Shown one piece after another: positions 8,958 through 17,466 of a stretch of DNA of 64,000 bases; the stretch's first letter is position 1; the number at the start of each line of letters is the position of its first letter. A program made the position numbers and the translations under genes. The DNA is taken from positions 24,732 through 88,731 of the forward strand of contig JBEKML010000002.1 in assembly GCA_050008535.1 (NCBI GenBank), read 5' to 3'. The stretch is from Minisyncoccia bacterium (GTDB lineage Bacteria > Patescibacteriota > Minisyncoccia > UBA6257 > 2-01-FULL-56-20). Under the pieces are notes generated by a model. The model was given only the letters and a program-made list of their open reading frames with translations. It did no database searches and was not told the DNA's origin.

Positions 8958-10093
8958 AAGTCCGCCGGGGGTTTACTATCATTGAACTTCTGATTTTTGC
9001 CGCTATTTTTTCTTCTATCATGGCGGGGCTTATCACCGTGCTTATTACCATGACGCGCGTGCAGAGCCGCCAATCGTCGGCGACCGACGTGGAAACACAG
9101 GGACAATTCTTGCTCCAGCAATTTCAGTATTACATACAAACGGCACGGCTGGTCGATATGGTGCAGGATGCCGCGGCGGGGACGCTCAAGCTCCGGGAGC
9201 TAACCTTGGCACCCGATCCCACCTTCGTTACGCTTGCCACGGGGACAGTATATCTTCAGCAGGGCCTTGGCGGAGCGCTCCAGCCCTTGACCTCGAACAA
9301 GGTGACGGTATCCAACCTTTCGTTTATAAGGCATTACAATCTCAATAGTTCCTCAACGGCGTACGGCGTCGATTCGGCATCGTACTCTTTCACGGTATCA
9401 GCGAATACTTCAAATACTACTCAGCAATATTTCCAAAAGTTCCAATCGTCTGCGGCGGTTACGGCGCCCGTTCCCAAAATTGCCCTTATGCAGCAGACGA
9501 GCACGCTTGTTTACGGAACGAGTACGAACATGGCGGGGACCTATATAGGCAATAATGCCACGGGGAGTTTGCTCGTTGCGGTCGTTGTGAACACTAATCT
9601 CGTTTCTATTTCGATCGGGGACACCGCGGGCAATGCATGGAGCAACATAGCGAGCACGACGTACGCGGCATACAATCAGAAGATCACTATTTTTGCCGCG
9701 GCCAATGCGCGCAACAGCTCGAACACGGTTACGGCAACCCTCGGGGGAAGCGGCGGGTATAATCCTTCACTTTTTCTCTATGAATATCGCAGTGCGTCGA
9801 CCTCTTCTTTGGTCGATGCTTCCTCTACCCAGACGCAGTCAAACGCGACGGCCATATCGAGCGGTCCGGCGACGCCGACCTCGAATGTCGAGCTTGTCTT
9901 CGGCGTGATGTACCTGAACACGTGGCCGGCAACCCCGCCCGTAGCCGGATCGGGGTTCACCATAAAATCCTCCTCAAGCGCGAGCAATACCTTTATTGAA
10001 GATAAAAATGTTTACGTGACTGGCCCTGTGGTTGCCGACTGGGCGCTCTCGCAGGCGGCAAGTTCGTCCGCGACCGTCGTCACGTTCAAGTAA
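8954..10093 (+). CDS. large type IV pilin/pseudopilin-like protein with Ser/Thr-rich C-terminal domain
   Basis: Class III signal MKVRRG|FTIIELLIFAAIF (G-1, F+1, E+5); start overlaps stop of GT2 gene (ATGA). Confidence 0.8.
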   Translation: MKVRRGFTIIELLIFAAIFSSIMAGLITVLITMTRVQSRQSSATDVETQGQFLLQQFQYYIQTARLVDMVQDAAAGTLKLRELTLAPDPTFVTLATGTVYLQQGLGGALQPLTSNKVTVSNLSFIRHYNLNSSSTAYGVDSASYSFTVSANTSNTTQQYFQKFQSSAAVTAPVPKIALMQQTSTLVYGTSTNMAGTYIGNNATGSLLVAVVVNTNLVSISIGDTAGNAWSNIASTTYAAYNQKITIFAAANARNSSNTVTATLGGSGGYNPSLFLYEYRSASTSSLVDASSTQTQSNATAISSGPATPTSNVELVFGVMYLNTWPATPPVAGSGFTIKSSSSASNTFIEDKNVYVTGPVVADWALSQAASSSATVVTFK

Positions 10094-10098
10094 GGCAA

Positions 10099-10254
10099 GC
10101 GCCAGGCCGCAATGGTCTTTGCGGGTACGGGTGTCGGCGTGCTCCAGCGGCACGCCGCACCCTGCTCTCTCGGCGCGGCGACTCCGCGCAGACGCGGAGA
10201 CCAAGCTCGCCGCGCCTCCGAGAGCCCCCGCCAAGACCATTGCGGCCTGGTGCT
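10099..10254. repeat. GC-rich structured palindromic element (28-bp imperfect outer stem enclosing nested hairpins)
   Basis: gcgccaggccgcaatggtctttgcggg ... cccgccaagaccattgcggcctggtgc outer arms; internal stems ggcgtgc/gcacgcc and ctccgcg/cgcggag. Confidence 0.5.
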
Positions 10255-10288
10255 TGCCCCATGTACGATTCTGTAAGATAATCCCAGC

Positions 10289-11149
10289 ATGAAAGATTAT
10301 TCTAAAAAGTTAAAAGAATACGACAAAGAAAAGATCACGCTCATTAAACATCAGTGGGGTCAAAACGCGACTTCTCTCTATAACCAAGTTGTTCAAGCTT
10401 GGGACCATATTCCTTTTGGCAAAAAAATTGCTATTATTTCCTATAAAAAATTTGGGATGAAAAGTGCCCTAACCTTTTTCAAAAAGAACGGCTTAGTATG
10501 TGAGGTTGTGGGCAAAGGACCCGACGGCCTAAGGCTCGTTGAATGCGAAAAGAAGGAACATAACCATTTAAAACCTATAGAAATATCAAATATAGTGAAG
10601 TTTGATTTTCTCGGGAAAAGTTATAAAGCTGACGTTGGAAGCTCCATCTTTTCTAAAACAGGTCTTGATAAAGGAACAAGATTTCTTCTGGAATCATTCT
10701 TTTCTTGGGATATTGATCTCAATGGAAAAGAAGTCGTCGATATGGGAACGGGGTGGGGCGCAATATCTATAATCATCGCCAATGAATTTCCAAAAGCTCG
10801 AATTACCGCATATGAAAAGGATGATGCATCTTTCGAGGCGGCCAAAGAAAATCTTTCAGGATTTTCGCAAGTAAACGTAAAGCAAGTCGATCTTGCTCAA
10901 AATATCAAACGGCAACGTGGGACATTCGATTATATTTTATCCAACCCTCCGTTTCATGTTACCACCGAAGAGAGGCATAGGATTTTTAAATATGCAGATA
11001 GTTTATTAAAAAAGAAGGGTGAGATGATCTTTGTCGTAGAAAATTCTTTTACTAATCGATTTGCCCTCACCGCAAAATCTTTTTTTGACATCCTGCAAGA
11101 AGAGAAAAACGCTGATTATAGTGTACTCAGATGTAGGAAGTTTGATTAG
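10289..11149 (+). CDS. class I SAM-dependent methyltransferase, RsmC/RlmG-like (rRNA guanine-N2 MTase family)
   Basis: DMGTGWGAISI SAM-binding motif and NPPFH catalytic motif; gene visibly A+T-richer than all neighbours. Confidence 0.75.
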   Translation: MKDYSKKLKEYDKEKITLIKHQWGQNATSLYNQVVQAWDHIPFGKKIAIISYKKFGMKSALTFFKKNGLVCEVVGKGPDGLRLVECEKKEHNHLKPIEISNIVKFDFLGKSYKADVGSSIFSKTGLDKGTRFLLESFFSWDIDLNGKEVVDMGTGWGAISIIIANEFPKARITAYEKDDASFEAAKENLSGFSQVNVKQVDLAQNIKRQRGTFDYILSNPPFHVTTEERHRIFKYADSLLKKKGEMIFVVENSFTNRFALTAKSFFDILQEEKNADYSVLRCRKFD

Positions 11150-11320
11150 TGTCTCCGCTTGTGCTTGCGAAACCACGCGGGAGGGCGAGGGAGAAATCCG
11201 CGAGCGAATAGAAAATCCGCCGGGTACCCGGGAGCGGCGACCAGGGTGGCGGATTTTCGTATATGAGCGAGCTGGATTTCCCGAGTCCGAAGCAGGTTTC
11301 GCAAGCACAAGCGGAGACAC
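11149..11320. repeat. GC-rich palindromic element: perfect 26-bp terminal inverted repeat with nested 11-bp stem
   Basis: gtgtctccgcttgtgcttgcgaaacc ... ggtttcgcaagcacaagcggagacac; inner gaaaatccgcc...ggcggattttc; lies between convergent MTase and recG. Confidence 0.55.
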
Positions 11321-11324
11321 TAAC

Positions 11325-13511
11325 TTACTCCAAGTGGATATCTTTCTGGAACTCGGCGAGTTTTGCTTTGAGCGGGAGATAGGTTTTGAGCGAGGGATCG
11401 CTTTGGACGAGCACAAGGGCGGCTTCGCGGCTCGCCTTCACGAGTTCGGGGTCCTGGAGCGCGCCCATCGCAACATCGGGAAGCCCCGTTTGTATTTCGC
11501 CGAAGAATTGGCCGGGACCGCGGAGCGCAAGGTCTTTTTCGGCCAGTTCAAAACCGTTCTTCGCTTCAAGGATCGCTTTGAGCCGCGCATTCGCCGCCTT
11601 CGCATCAGAATCCGCCATGAGGAAGCAATATGATTGATATTCGCCGCGGCCGACGCGCCCGCGGAACTGGTAGAGCTGGGCAAGCCCGAACCGTTCGGCG
11701 CCCTCGATCATCATAATAGAGGCGTTCGGCACGTCCACGCCGACCTCCACGACCGACGTTGCGACCATGATGTCAAATTCCCGCGCCTTGAACTTTTTCA
11801 TGACATCCTCTTTTTCTTTGCCCTTCATCTGGCCGTGGAGCATGGCAATCTTAAGATCGGGAAAAATTTTCGTACGCAATTTTTCGTATTCTTCTTTCAC
11901 CGATTTCATTTCCAGATTTGCAATGGTCCGCTTGTCTATTTTCGCTACGGTATCTGGTTGGCCGTTATTCTGCGCTTCGCTTTTTTCTATCCGCGGGCAG
12001 ATGACGAACACCTGCCGTCCTTCGCCGATCTCTCGTTTCACGAATGCGTAGGTTGCCTGCCGCCCGATCGGCAGGACGATTTTTGTTTCGATGGGCTTCC
12101 GCCCACCCGGGAGTTCGGTGATGAGCGAAAGGTCGAGGTCGCCGAACACCGTGAGCATAAGCGTGCGCGGAATGGGCGTGGCTGACATGCTCAAGAAGTG
12201 GGGGATGAATCCGCCTTTTTTCTTCGCAAGTTCCGCGCGCTGGCGCACGCCGAAGCGGTGTTGTTCATCAATGATGACCAAGCCGAGATTTTTGAACGCC
12301 ACGGTTTTTTCTATAAGCGCGTGCGTGCCAAAAACGATCGCAATCTCGCCTGCGGCCACTTTTTTGCTCATTTCCGGTTTTGTGACGGGCGCCGCGACAT
12401 CATTTTCATAAAACACCGTGGCACCGCTTCCCGTCACGAGTCCGATCGCTGGCTGGTATTCGGCCGGCATCCGGGCGAGCAGTTCCTTCATCGTTTCAAA
12501 ATGCTGGCGCGCAAGGATCTCGGTCGGCGCCATAAATGCCGTCTGGCAGCCGTTCTCCGCTGTCGTCATCGCGGCCACTGCCGCAACGACCGTTTTCCCC
12601 GATCCCACGTCCCCTTGAAGCAGCCGGTTCATCGGCCGCGGTTTTGCGAGGTCCTTCATGATCTCCCATAGCGATTTCTTTTGCGAAACCGTGAGTTCGA
12701 ACGGCAGCGCGGCAAGGATCGTTTTCACTTTTTCTATGTCCGCCGTGATGACGGGCGCTTTCTCCTCTGCGAGTTTGAGCTTCTGTTTCAGATTCACGAT
12801 CTGGAGAAGGAAGAGGTCTTCAAAAGAAAACCGCTTCTGCGCCGCGGCGGCATCCGCGAGCTGCTTCGGGAAATGGATCGTGCGGATCGCCTGGTTGATC
12901 TCCGGGAAATTGAGCTTTGCGAGCGTGGGCTGCGGGATCCATTCTTTGAGCGGGAGCGCGCGCTTGATAATGGACTGCATAATGAAGCGCAGGCCGCGCG
13001 ACGTGAGGCCGCGCGTTTCGGGATAAACGGGAACGAGCCGCGCCGTGTGGGTGGTTTCCCGGGGAGCCGCAGCTTCGTTCCCGCGGAGCACTTCGTACGC
13101 TGGATGGCTCAAGTACCGCTCACCATCGTCCGCAAGAGAAACTTTTCCGGCAAAATTCGCGCGCCTGCCCACTTTCAAAATATTCGCCACGTACGGCTGG
13201 TTGAACCAAATTGCGCGGATCACACCGCTCTCATCCGCGATCATCGCTTCAACAATGCTCATGTGCCTGCGCCAGCTCTGGCTCGCGTGCACCTCTTCAA
13301 TGATGCCTTGGACGGTCGCCTGTTGGCCGGGTTCCAGATCGGCGATGGAATATATTTTTGAGAAATCCTCGTAGCGGGAAGGGAAGTGCCAAAGGAGATC
13401 GCGGATATTTTTAATGCCGAGCTGTTCAAGCCGCCGCAAGAACGCGGACTTCGCGCCAAGCACTTCATACAACGGGGTATCAAGCGCAACCTGCGGCATA
13501 GTTTTGCCCAT
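11325..13511 (-). CDS. recG: ATP-dependent DNA helicase RecG
   Basis: N-terminal wedge region, GDVGSGKT Walker A, DEQHRFG motif II, helicase C-terminal motifs. Confidence 0.9.
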   Translation of the reverse strand: MGKTMPQVALDTPLYEVLGAKSAFLRRLEQLGIKNIRDLLWHFPSRYEDFSKIYSIADLEPGQQATVQGIIEEVHASQSWRRHMSIVEAMIADESGVIRAIWFNQPYVANILKVGRRANFAGKVSLADDGERYLSHPAYEVLRGNEAAAPRETTHTARLVPVYPETRGLTSRGLRFIMQSIIKRALPLKEWIPQPTLAKLNFPEINQAIRTIHFPKQLADAAAAQKRFSFEDLFLLQIVNLKQKLKLAEEKAPVITADIEKVKTILAALPFELTVSQKKSLWEIMKDLAKPRPMNRLLQGDVGSGKTVVAAVAAMTTAENGCQTAFMAPTEILARQHFETMKELLARMPAEYQPAIGLVTGSGATVFYENDVAAPVTKPEMSKKVAAGEIAIVFGTHALIEKTVAFKNLGLVIIDEQHRFGVRQRAELAKKKGGFIPHFLSMSATPIPRTLMLTVFGDLDLSLITELPGGRKPIETKIVLPIGRQATYAFVKREIGEGRQVFVICPRIEKSEAQNNGQPDTVAKIDKRTIANLEMKSVKEEYEKLRTKIFPDLKIAMLHGQMKGKEKEDVMKKFKAREFDIMVATSVVEVGVDVPNASIMMIEGAERFGLAQLYQFRGRVGRGEYQSYCFLMADSDAKAANARLKAILEAKNGFELAEKDLALRGPGQFFGEIQTGLPDVAMGALQDPELVKASREAALVLVQSDPSLKTYLPLKAKLAEFQKDIHLE

Positions 13512-13553
13512 AGTATACCATGCCGTGTATGATTAGGGAAAACACGACGCACG

Positions 13554-14411
13554 ATGGGCATTCTTCTTGCCATAACGGCGCTCTTCTCCTGGGGCTTGGG
13601 AGATTTTCTGATAGAAAAAAGCACGCGGAAGTTCGGCGATTGGATCGCGCTCTTTTATATCACCGCGTTCGGGGCGGTCATCCTCTTTCCGTTCGTCTAC
13701 CGCGACATTATCCCTGCGTTCACGGCGAACAGTTTTATTCTTTGGATAACCAGCCTTGTCATCTTCCTTGCCGCGCTTTTCAATCTTCACGCGTTGCGGG
13801 TGGGGAAGATATCCGTGGTGGAACCGATATTCGCCTTTGAGGTGCCCGTCGCTGGATTTCTGGCCGCTTTTCTCCTTAATGAGCGATTGAGCTTCGCCCA
13901 GATCTTTTTCATCGCAGCGCTCGTCATCGGCATTATCCTCGTTTCCACGCGCTCGTTCAGCCATTTCAAAAACATCCGCACGGAAAAAGGCGTGGGATAT
14001 GCGGTCGTCGGCACGATCGGCTTGGGCATTTCCGGCTTCCTCTACGGTCTCGGTTCGCGGGAAACAAGTCCGCTCATGATCAACTGGGTGAGCAATGCTT
14101 TCATGGCCGTCATCACTTTCTTTTACCTCACCGCGACCGGGAAACTTGCGGGGATCGCGGGGGACTTCAAAGAGAACAAACGCCTGATCCTGAACGTCAG
14201 TTTTTTTGATAACCTCGCGTGGATCACGTTCTCGTATGCGACGCTTTACATCCCCATTGCGATCGCGATGGGCGTGAGCGAGGGATACATTGCCTTCGCG
14301 GGAGGATTAGGGCTGCTTTTCAATAAAGAGAAACTGAAAGTCCACCAGTGGGTCGGCTTCTGCCTTGCCGCGGTGGCCGTCGTCGTGCTCGCGGTGATTA
14401 CAGACAAATAA
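13554..14411 (+). CDS. EamA/DMT-family transporter (10 TM)
   Basis: Two repeated EamA-like halves with ~10 hydrophobic helices. Confidence 0.75.
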   Translation: MGILLAITALFSWGLGDFLIEKSTRKFGDWIALFYITAFGAVILFPFVYRDIIPAFTANSFILWITSLVIFLAALFNLHALRVGKISVVEPIFAFEVPVAGFLAAFLLNERLSFAQIFFIAALVIGIILVSTRSFSHFKNIRTEKGVGYAVVGTIGLGISGFLYGLGSRETSPLMINWVSNAFMAVITFFYLTATGKLAGIAGDFKENKRLILNVSFFDNLAWITFSYATLYIPIAIAMGVSEGYIAFAGGLGLLFNKEKLKVHQWVGFCLAAVAVVVLAVITDK

Positions 14412-14414
14412 AAC

Positions 14415-14484
14415 GCAGCAACGCCAGAGGGTTTTGAAACGAGCCCTTCTTAGTACTCGTTTCAAAACCCTCTGGCGTTGCTGC
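14415..14484. repeat. 27-bp-stem hairpin element with conserved loop (AGCCCTTCTTAGTACT), copy 2; 8 nt from 3' end of tRNA-Lys and just after EamA stop
   Basis: gcagcaacgccagagggttttgaaacg / cgtttcaaaaccctctggcgttgctgc perfect inverted repeat; loop matches copy 1. Confidence 0.65.
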
Positions 14485-14491
14485 TGTCTTG

Positions 14492-14564
14492 TGCCCCCAC
14501 CAGGACTCGAACCTGGAACCTTCTCCTTAAGAGGGAGCAGCTCTGCCAATTGAGCTATAGGGGC
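14492..14564 (-). tRNA. tRNA-Lys (CUU)
   Basis: Reverse complement GCCCCTATAGCTCAATTGGCAGAGC...CTCTTAA...CCAGGTTCGAGTCCTGGTGGGGGCA; anticodon loop CTCTTAA. Confidence 0.8.
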
Positions 14565-14629
14565 GACAATCACTCCCATTTTATGGGGAGCGCGAAAAAA
14601 ATGCAATTACTGCTTCTTCTTTCTTGCTG

Positions 14630-14703
14630 TGCGCCCGTGAGGAGTTGAACCTCAAACCTCGTGGTTCGAAGCCACGCGCTCTATCCAGTTGAGCTACGGG
14701 CGC
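14630..14703 (-). tRNA. tRNA-Arg (UCG)
   Basis: Reverse complement GCGCCCGTAGCTCAACTGGATAGAGCGCGTGGCTTCGAACCACG...GGTTCAACTCCTCACGGGCGCA; anticodon loop CTTCGAA. Confidence 0.8.
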
Positions 14704-14751
14704 AGAGGGGTGAACCGCCCCGCTTCCACTTCCAATGGTACAATGAGTGTT

Positions 14752-15393
14752 ATGAATGTTGCAATCGTCATTTTTGAATTTATCGTTTTGATCTTTTCCG
14801 CGGTGCTGCATGAGATAGCGCACGGTTACGAGGCCGAACGGCTGGGAGATCCCACGGCGCGGAACGCCGGGCGGCTGACGATCAATCCCTTAGTACATCT
14901 TGATCCTTTTGGCTCTGTCCTCCTGCCGCTCCTTTTGTATCTCGCTTCGGGCGGCGCGTTCTTTTTTGCCGTTGCGAAGCCCGTGCCCTATGATCCGCGC
15001 AATCTGAAAGATCCGCGAAGCGGTTCCGCAAAGATCGCGCTTGCGGGGCCGGGCACGAATTTTCTTCTCGCAATCGTCTTCGGCATCGCGATCCGCATTC
15101 TTGCCTATATCCCCGCCGTGCCGGATGCTTTCCTCTCGCTTCTCGCCGTCATCGTATTTATCAATATTCTTCTCGGTATTTTCAATCTGGTGCCCATTCC
15201 GCCACTCGACGGTTCGCGCGTGCTCTTCGCCGCGCTCCCGCAGACGCAGAGAACGTTCCGCGCGATGTATTTCTTGGAGCGCTGGGGATTGGTGCTTGTA
15301 CTCGTTTTTGTGTTCTTCGGATTCGGCGTGCTGATGCCGATGGTGAATTTTCTCTTTCAGCTTTTTACCGGACAGTCGCTCGGGTTATCTTAG
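14752..15393 (+). CDS. site-2 protease family (peptidase M50) membrane metalloprotease
   Basis: HEIAHG zinc motif in TM helix; TGGTACAAT extended -10 ends 7 nt before ATG at 14752 (alternative ATG 14743). Confidence 0.75.
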   Translation: MNVAIVIFEFIVLIFSAVLHEIAHGYEAERLGDPTARNAGRLTINPLVHLDPFGSVLLPLLLYLASGGAFFFAVAKPVPYDPRNLKDPRSGSAKIALAGPGTNFLLAIVFGIAIRILAYIPAVPDAFLSLLAVIVFINILLGIFNLVPIPPLDGSRVLFAALPQTQRTFRAMYFLERWGLVLVLVFVFFGFGVLMPMVNFLFQLFTGQSLGLS

Positions 15394-15449
15394 AAATTTG
15401 ACAGATATTGGGCGCGTGTAGTAGGAATAATTCAGTTGGAGGGGAAGGC

Positions 15450-15989
15450 ATGATCAACATTCCCAACCTGTTGTCCGGCCTGCGGCTGGTTCTTGCCCCG
15501 TTCATCGTCTACGGTATCGCGACGGGACGGAACGCTCTGGCGCTTGTACTTTTCGCGATTGCCGCCATCACAGATCTTCTGGACGGCATGATCGCACGGA
15601 GGTTCAACCTTGCTACGGTTTTCGGGGAGCGGCTGGACCCGATCGCCGACAAAGCGCTCATGAGTAGCATCATTCTCGCGCTGGGATTTTCCGGCGCGGC
15701 GCCGTGGTGGTTCGTCACGATCGTCCTTGGCCGCGACGTCTTGATACTCATTGCGGTTGGGATATTCCTTGTTTTCGCGCAGGCACAGCGATTCCGGCCG
15801 AGCGTGTGGGGCAAGGCATCAACTCTTTTCCAGATCGTGGTCGTGGCGCTGCTTATGTGCGCGAAAGCTTTTCGGTGGACGGGGCTTTCTTCGTTCGTCG
15901 CTGCGGCAATCGTGGCATCGGCGGCGCTCACGGCGTGGAGCGGCATCCACTACGCGTGGCGTGGCGTTGCCATGATCAAAAAGCGCTAA
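15450..15989 (+). CDS. pgsA: CDP-diacylglycerol--glycerol-3-phosphate 3-phosphatidyltransferase (CDP-alcohol phosphatidyltransferase family)
   Basis: DLLDGMIARR...GERLDPIADK CDP-OH_P_transferase signature; GGAGGGG SD 7 nt upstream of ATG. Confidence 0.8.
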   Translation: MINIPNLLSGLRLVLAPFIVYGIATGRNALALVLFAIAAITDLLDGMIARRFNLATVFGERLDPIADKALMSSIILALGFSGAAPWWFVTIVLGRDVLILIAVGIFLVFAQAQRFRPSVWGKASTLFQIVVVALLMCAKAFRWTGLSSFVAAAIVASAALTAWSGIHYAWRGVAMIKKR

Positions 15990-16113
15990 AACAATCCCCT
16001 GGCCGTCTCGGCGGTCGGGGGATTCGCATTGTAAAACCAAGAGGTTTACATTGGCCGCTCGTCCGCGGAGCCGCTCGGAGGTGTTATAATGGGAACACGA
16101 TTTAATTTCTCAA

Positions 16114-16611
16114 ATGGACGTAGTAAGCCATATCTTAATAGGAACGGTTTTGGGATCGGCCTCGGCAGCATCTCCGGGAGATATCGCGACCATAACACTC
16201 TTCTCTTTATTGCCTGATTTGTTTCAAATACCCTTATATCTGCGCGTTGGGGAAGAATACCACCGCTATTTCTGGATATCTCACGATAAAGATTGGCGGG
16301 GCTTCAGGGGGCATCATCCTTTCTGGTCCGACCTATGGGAAATTCCTCATAGCTTGCTTTTTCTCGTTTTTATAATCACTCCTTTTGTGCTCTATTTCCA
16401 TCTCCCGCGCATGGCGATCGCCGCATATTTTTCGCATATTTTTATGGACATCTGGACCCATAAAGGCGAGTGGCGCATGAAGCCGTTTTATCCGTTCCGT
16501 TGGGAGATCAATGGGCTTACCAATATGTGGGCTTGGTCCTGGAGAAAGATGCTTGTTTCGTGGGCCGTCCTTGTAGCGCTTCTGATGATGGTGAACCGCC
16601 TTATAATATGA
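16114..16611 (+). CDS. membrane-bound metal-dependent hydrolase-like protein (YdjM/DUF457-like)
   Basis: MDVVSHILIG N-terminus, His-rich TM protein; extended -10 TGTTATAAT upstream; visibly lower GC. Confidence 0.55.
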   Translation: MDVVSHILIGTVLGSASAASPGDIATITLFSLLPDLFQIPLYLRVGEEYHRYFWISHDKDWRGFRGHHPFWSDLWEIPHSLLFLVFIITPFVLYFHLPRMAIAAYFSHIFMDIWTHKGEWRMKPFYPFRWEINGLTNMWAWSWRKMLVSWAVLVALLMMVNRLII

Positions 16612-16877
16612 ACGATCAGCATTCGCCGATAATCGACAAGCTCATTTATCTCGGGGGCATATTGGGTCCTCTTATGACCCTGCCGCAGCTTCTAAAAATT
16701 TGGATCGGGAAAAATGCCGTGGGCGTTTCCGCGATTTCGTGGTTCGCTTATGCCGTAGGTTCTTCCTTCTGGATCTGGTATGGATTACACCACAAACAAA
16801 AGCCGATCGTTTTTACCTACACCATTTTTCTTGTGATCGAAGTCCTTATTATCATTGGAACTTTCGTTTACGGCTAG
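16610..16877 (+). CDS. SemiSWEET / PQ-loop sugar transporter (3-TM, 89 aa)
   Basis: LGPLMTLPQLLKIW PQ motif in TM1, three hydrophobic helices, typical SemiSWEET size; start overlaps upstream stop (ATATGA). Confidence 0.65.
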
Positions 16878-16915
16878 GCGAGCAAAATGGGCTTCAAAAC
16901 ATATATCTCTTGCGC

Positions 16916-16988
16916 GGTGGACCTGAGGGGAATCGAACCCCTATCTGCCGGATGCAAACCGGCTGCTCTGCCACTAAGCTACAGGCCC
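16916..16988 (-). tRNA. tRNA-Ala (UGC) with G3:U70 identity pair
   Basis: Reverse complement GGGCCTGTAGCTTAGTGGCAGAGCAGCCGGTTTGCATCCGGC...GGGTTCGATTCCCCTCAGGTCCACC; anticodon loop TTTGCAT. Confidence 0.8.
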
Positions 16989-17013
16989 TATCGCTCCGAT
17001 AATAGCGTTTTAT

Positions 17014-17042
17014 TTGACACAAATCAATCTTTCGTCTACTAT
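17014..17042 (+). promoter_or_regulatory. sigma70-like promoter TTGACA-N17-TACTAT upstream of rpsL
   Basis: Consensus -35 and near-consensus -10 with 17-nt spacing, 10 nt before rpsL ATG. Confidence 0.45.
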
Positions 17043-17052
17043 TCTTTAACGT

Positions 17053-17463
17053 ATGCCGACCATCGGACAGCTTATCAAGCGTGGAAGGAAGTCCCAGAAG
17101 GCGAAGACCAAGTCGCCTGCGTTGTCGTACTATTTTAATTCGATCAAGAATCGGCCGGTGGACTCGGGGTCGCCCTTCAAGCGCGGCGTATGCGTGAAGG
17201 TGTTTACGACGACGCCGAAGAAGCCGAACTCGGCCCTGCGGAAAGTGGCGCGCGTGCGGCTCACGAACGGCATGGAGATCACCGCCTATATTCCAGGCGA
17301 GGGGCATGCGTTGCAGGAGCACTCCATTGTGATGGTGCGTGGCGGGCGCGTGAAGGACCTTCCGGGCGTGCGGTACCATGTGGTGCGCGGCGTACTGGAT
17401 ACGACGGGCGTGGAGAACAGGAAACAGCAGCGGTCGAAGTATGGAGCGAAGAGACCCAAATAA
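17053..17463 (+). CDS. rpsL: 30S ribosomal protein S12 (with ~12-residue N-proximal insertion)
   Basis: ...[67 protein letters not shown]... Confidence 0.92.
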   Translation: MPTIGQLIKRGRKSQKAKTKSPALSYYFNSIKNRPVDSGSPFKRGVCVKVFTTTPKKPNSALRKVARVRLTNGMEITAYIPGEGHALQEHSIVMVRGGRVKDLPGVRYHVVRGVLDTTGVENRKQQRSKYGAKRPK

Positions 17464-17466
17464 TCA

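Noticed and set aside
10094-10288. Tested the GC-rich structured region for SRP RNA, 6S RNA or RNase P RNA
   Set aside because: No SRP domain IV (AGGUCAGGUCCGGAAGGAAGCAGC-like) motif, no single long interrupted hairpin with central bubble, and no RNase P conserved regions. Kept only as an unclassified structured element.
11061-11683. ORFs 11061-11633(+), 11006-11416(-), 11438-11683(-) around the palindromic element and recG 3' end
   Set aside because: They traverse the perfect inverted repeat and overlap recG; low-complexity translations.
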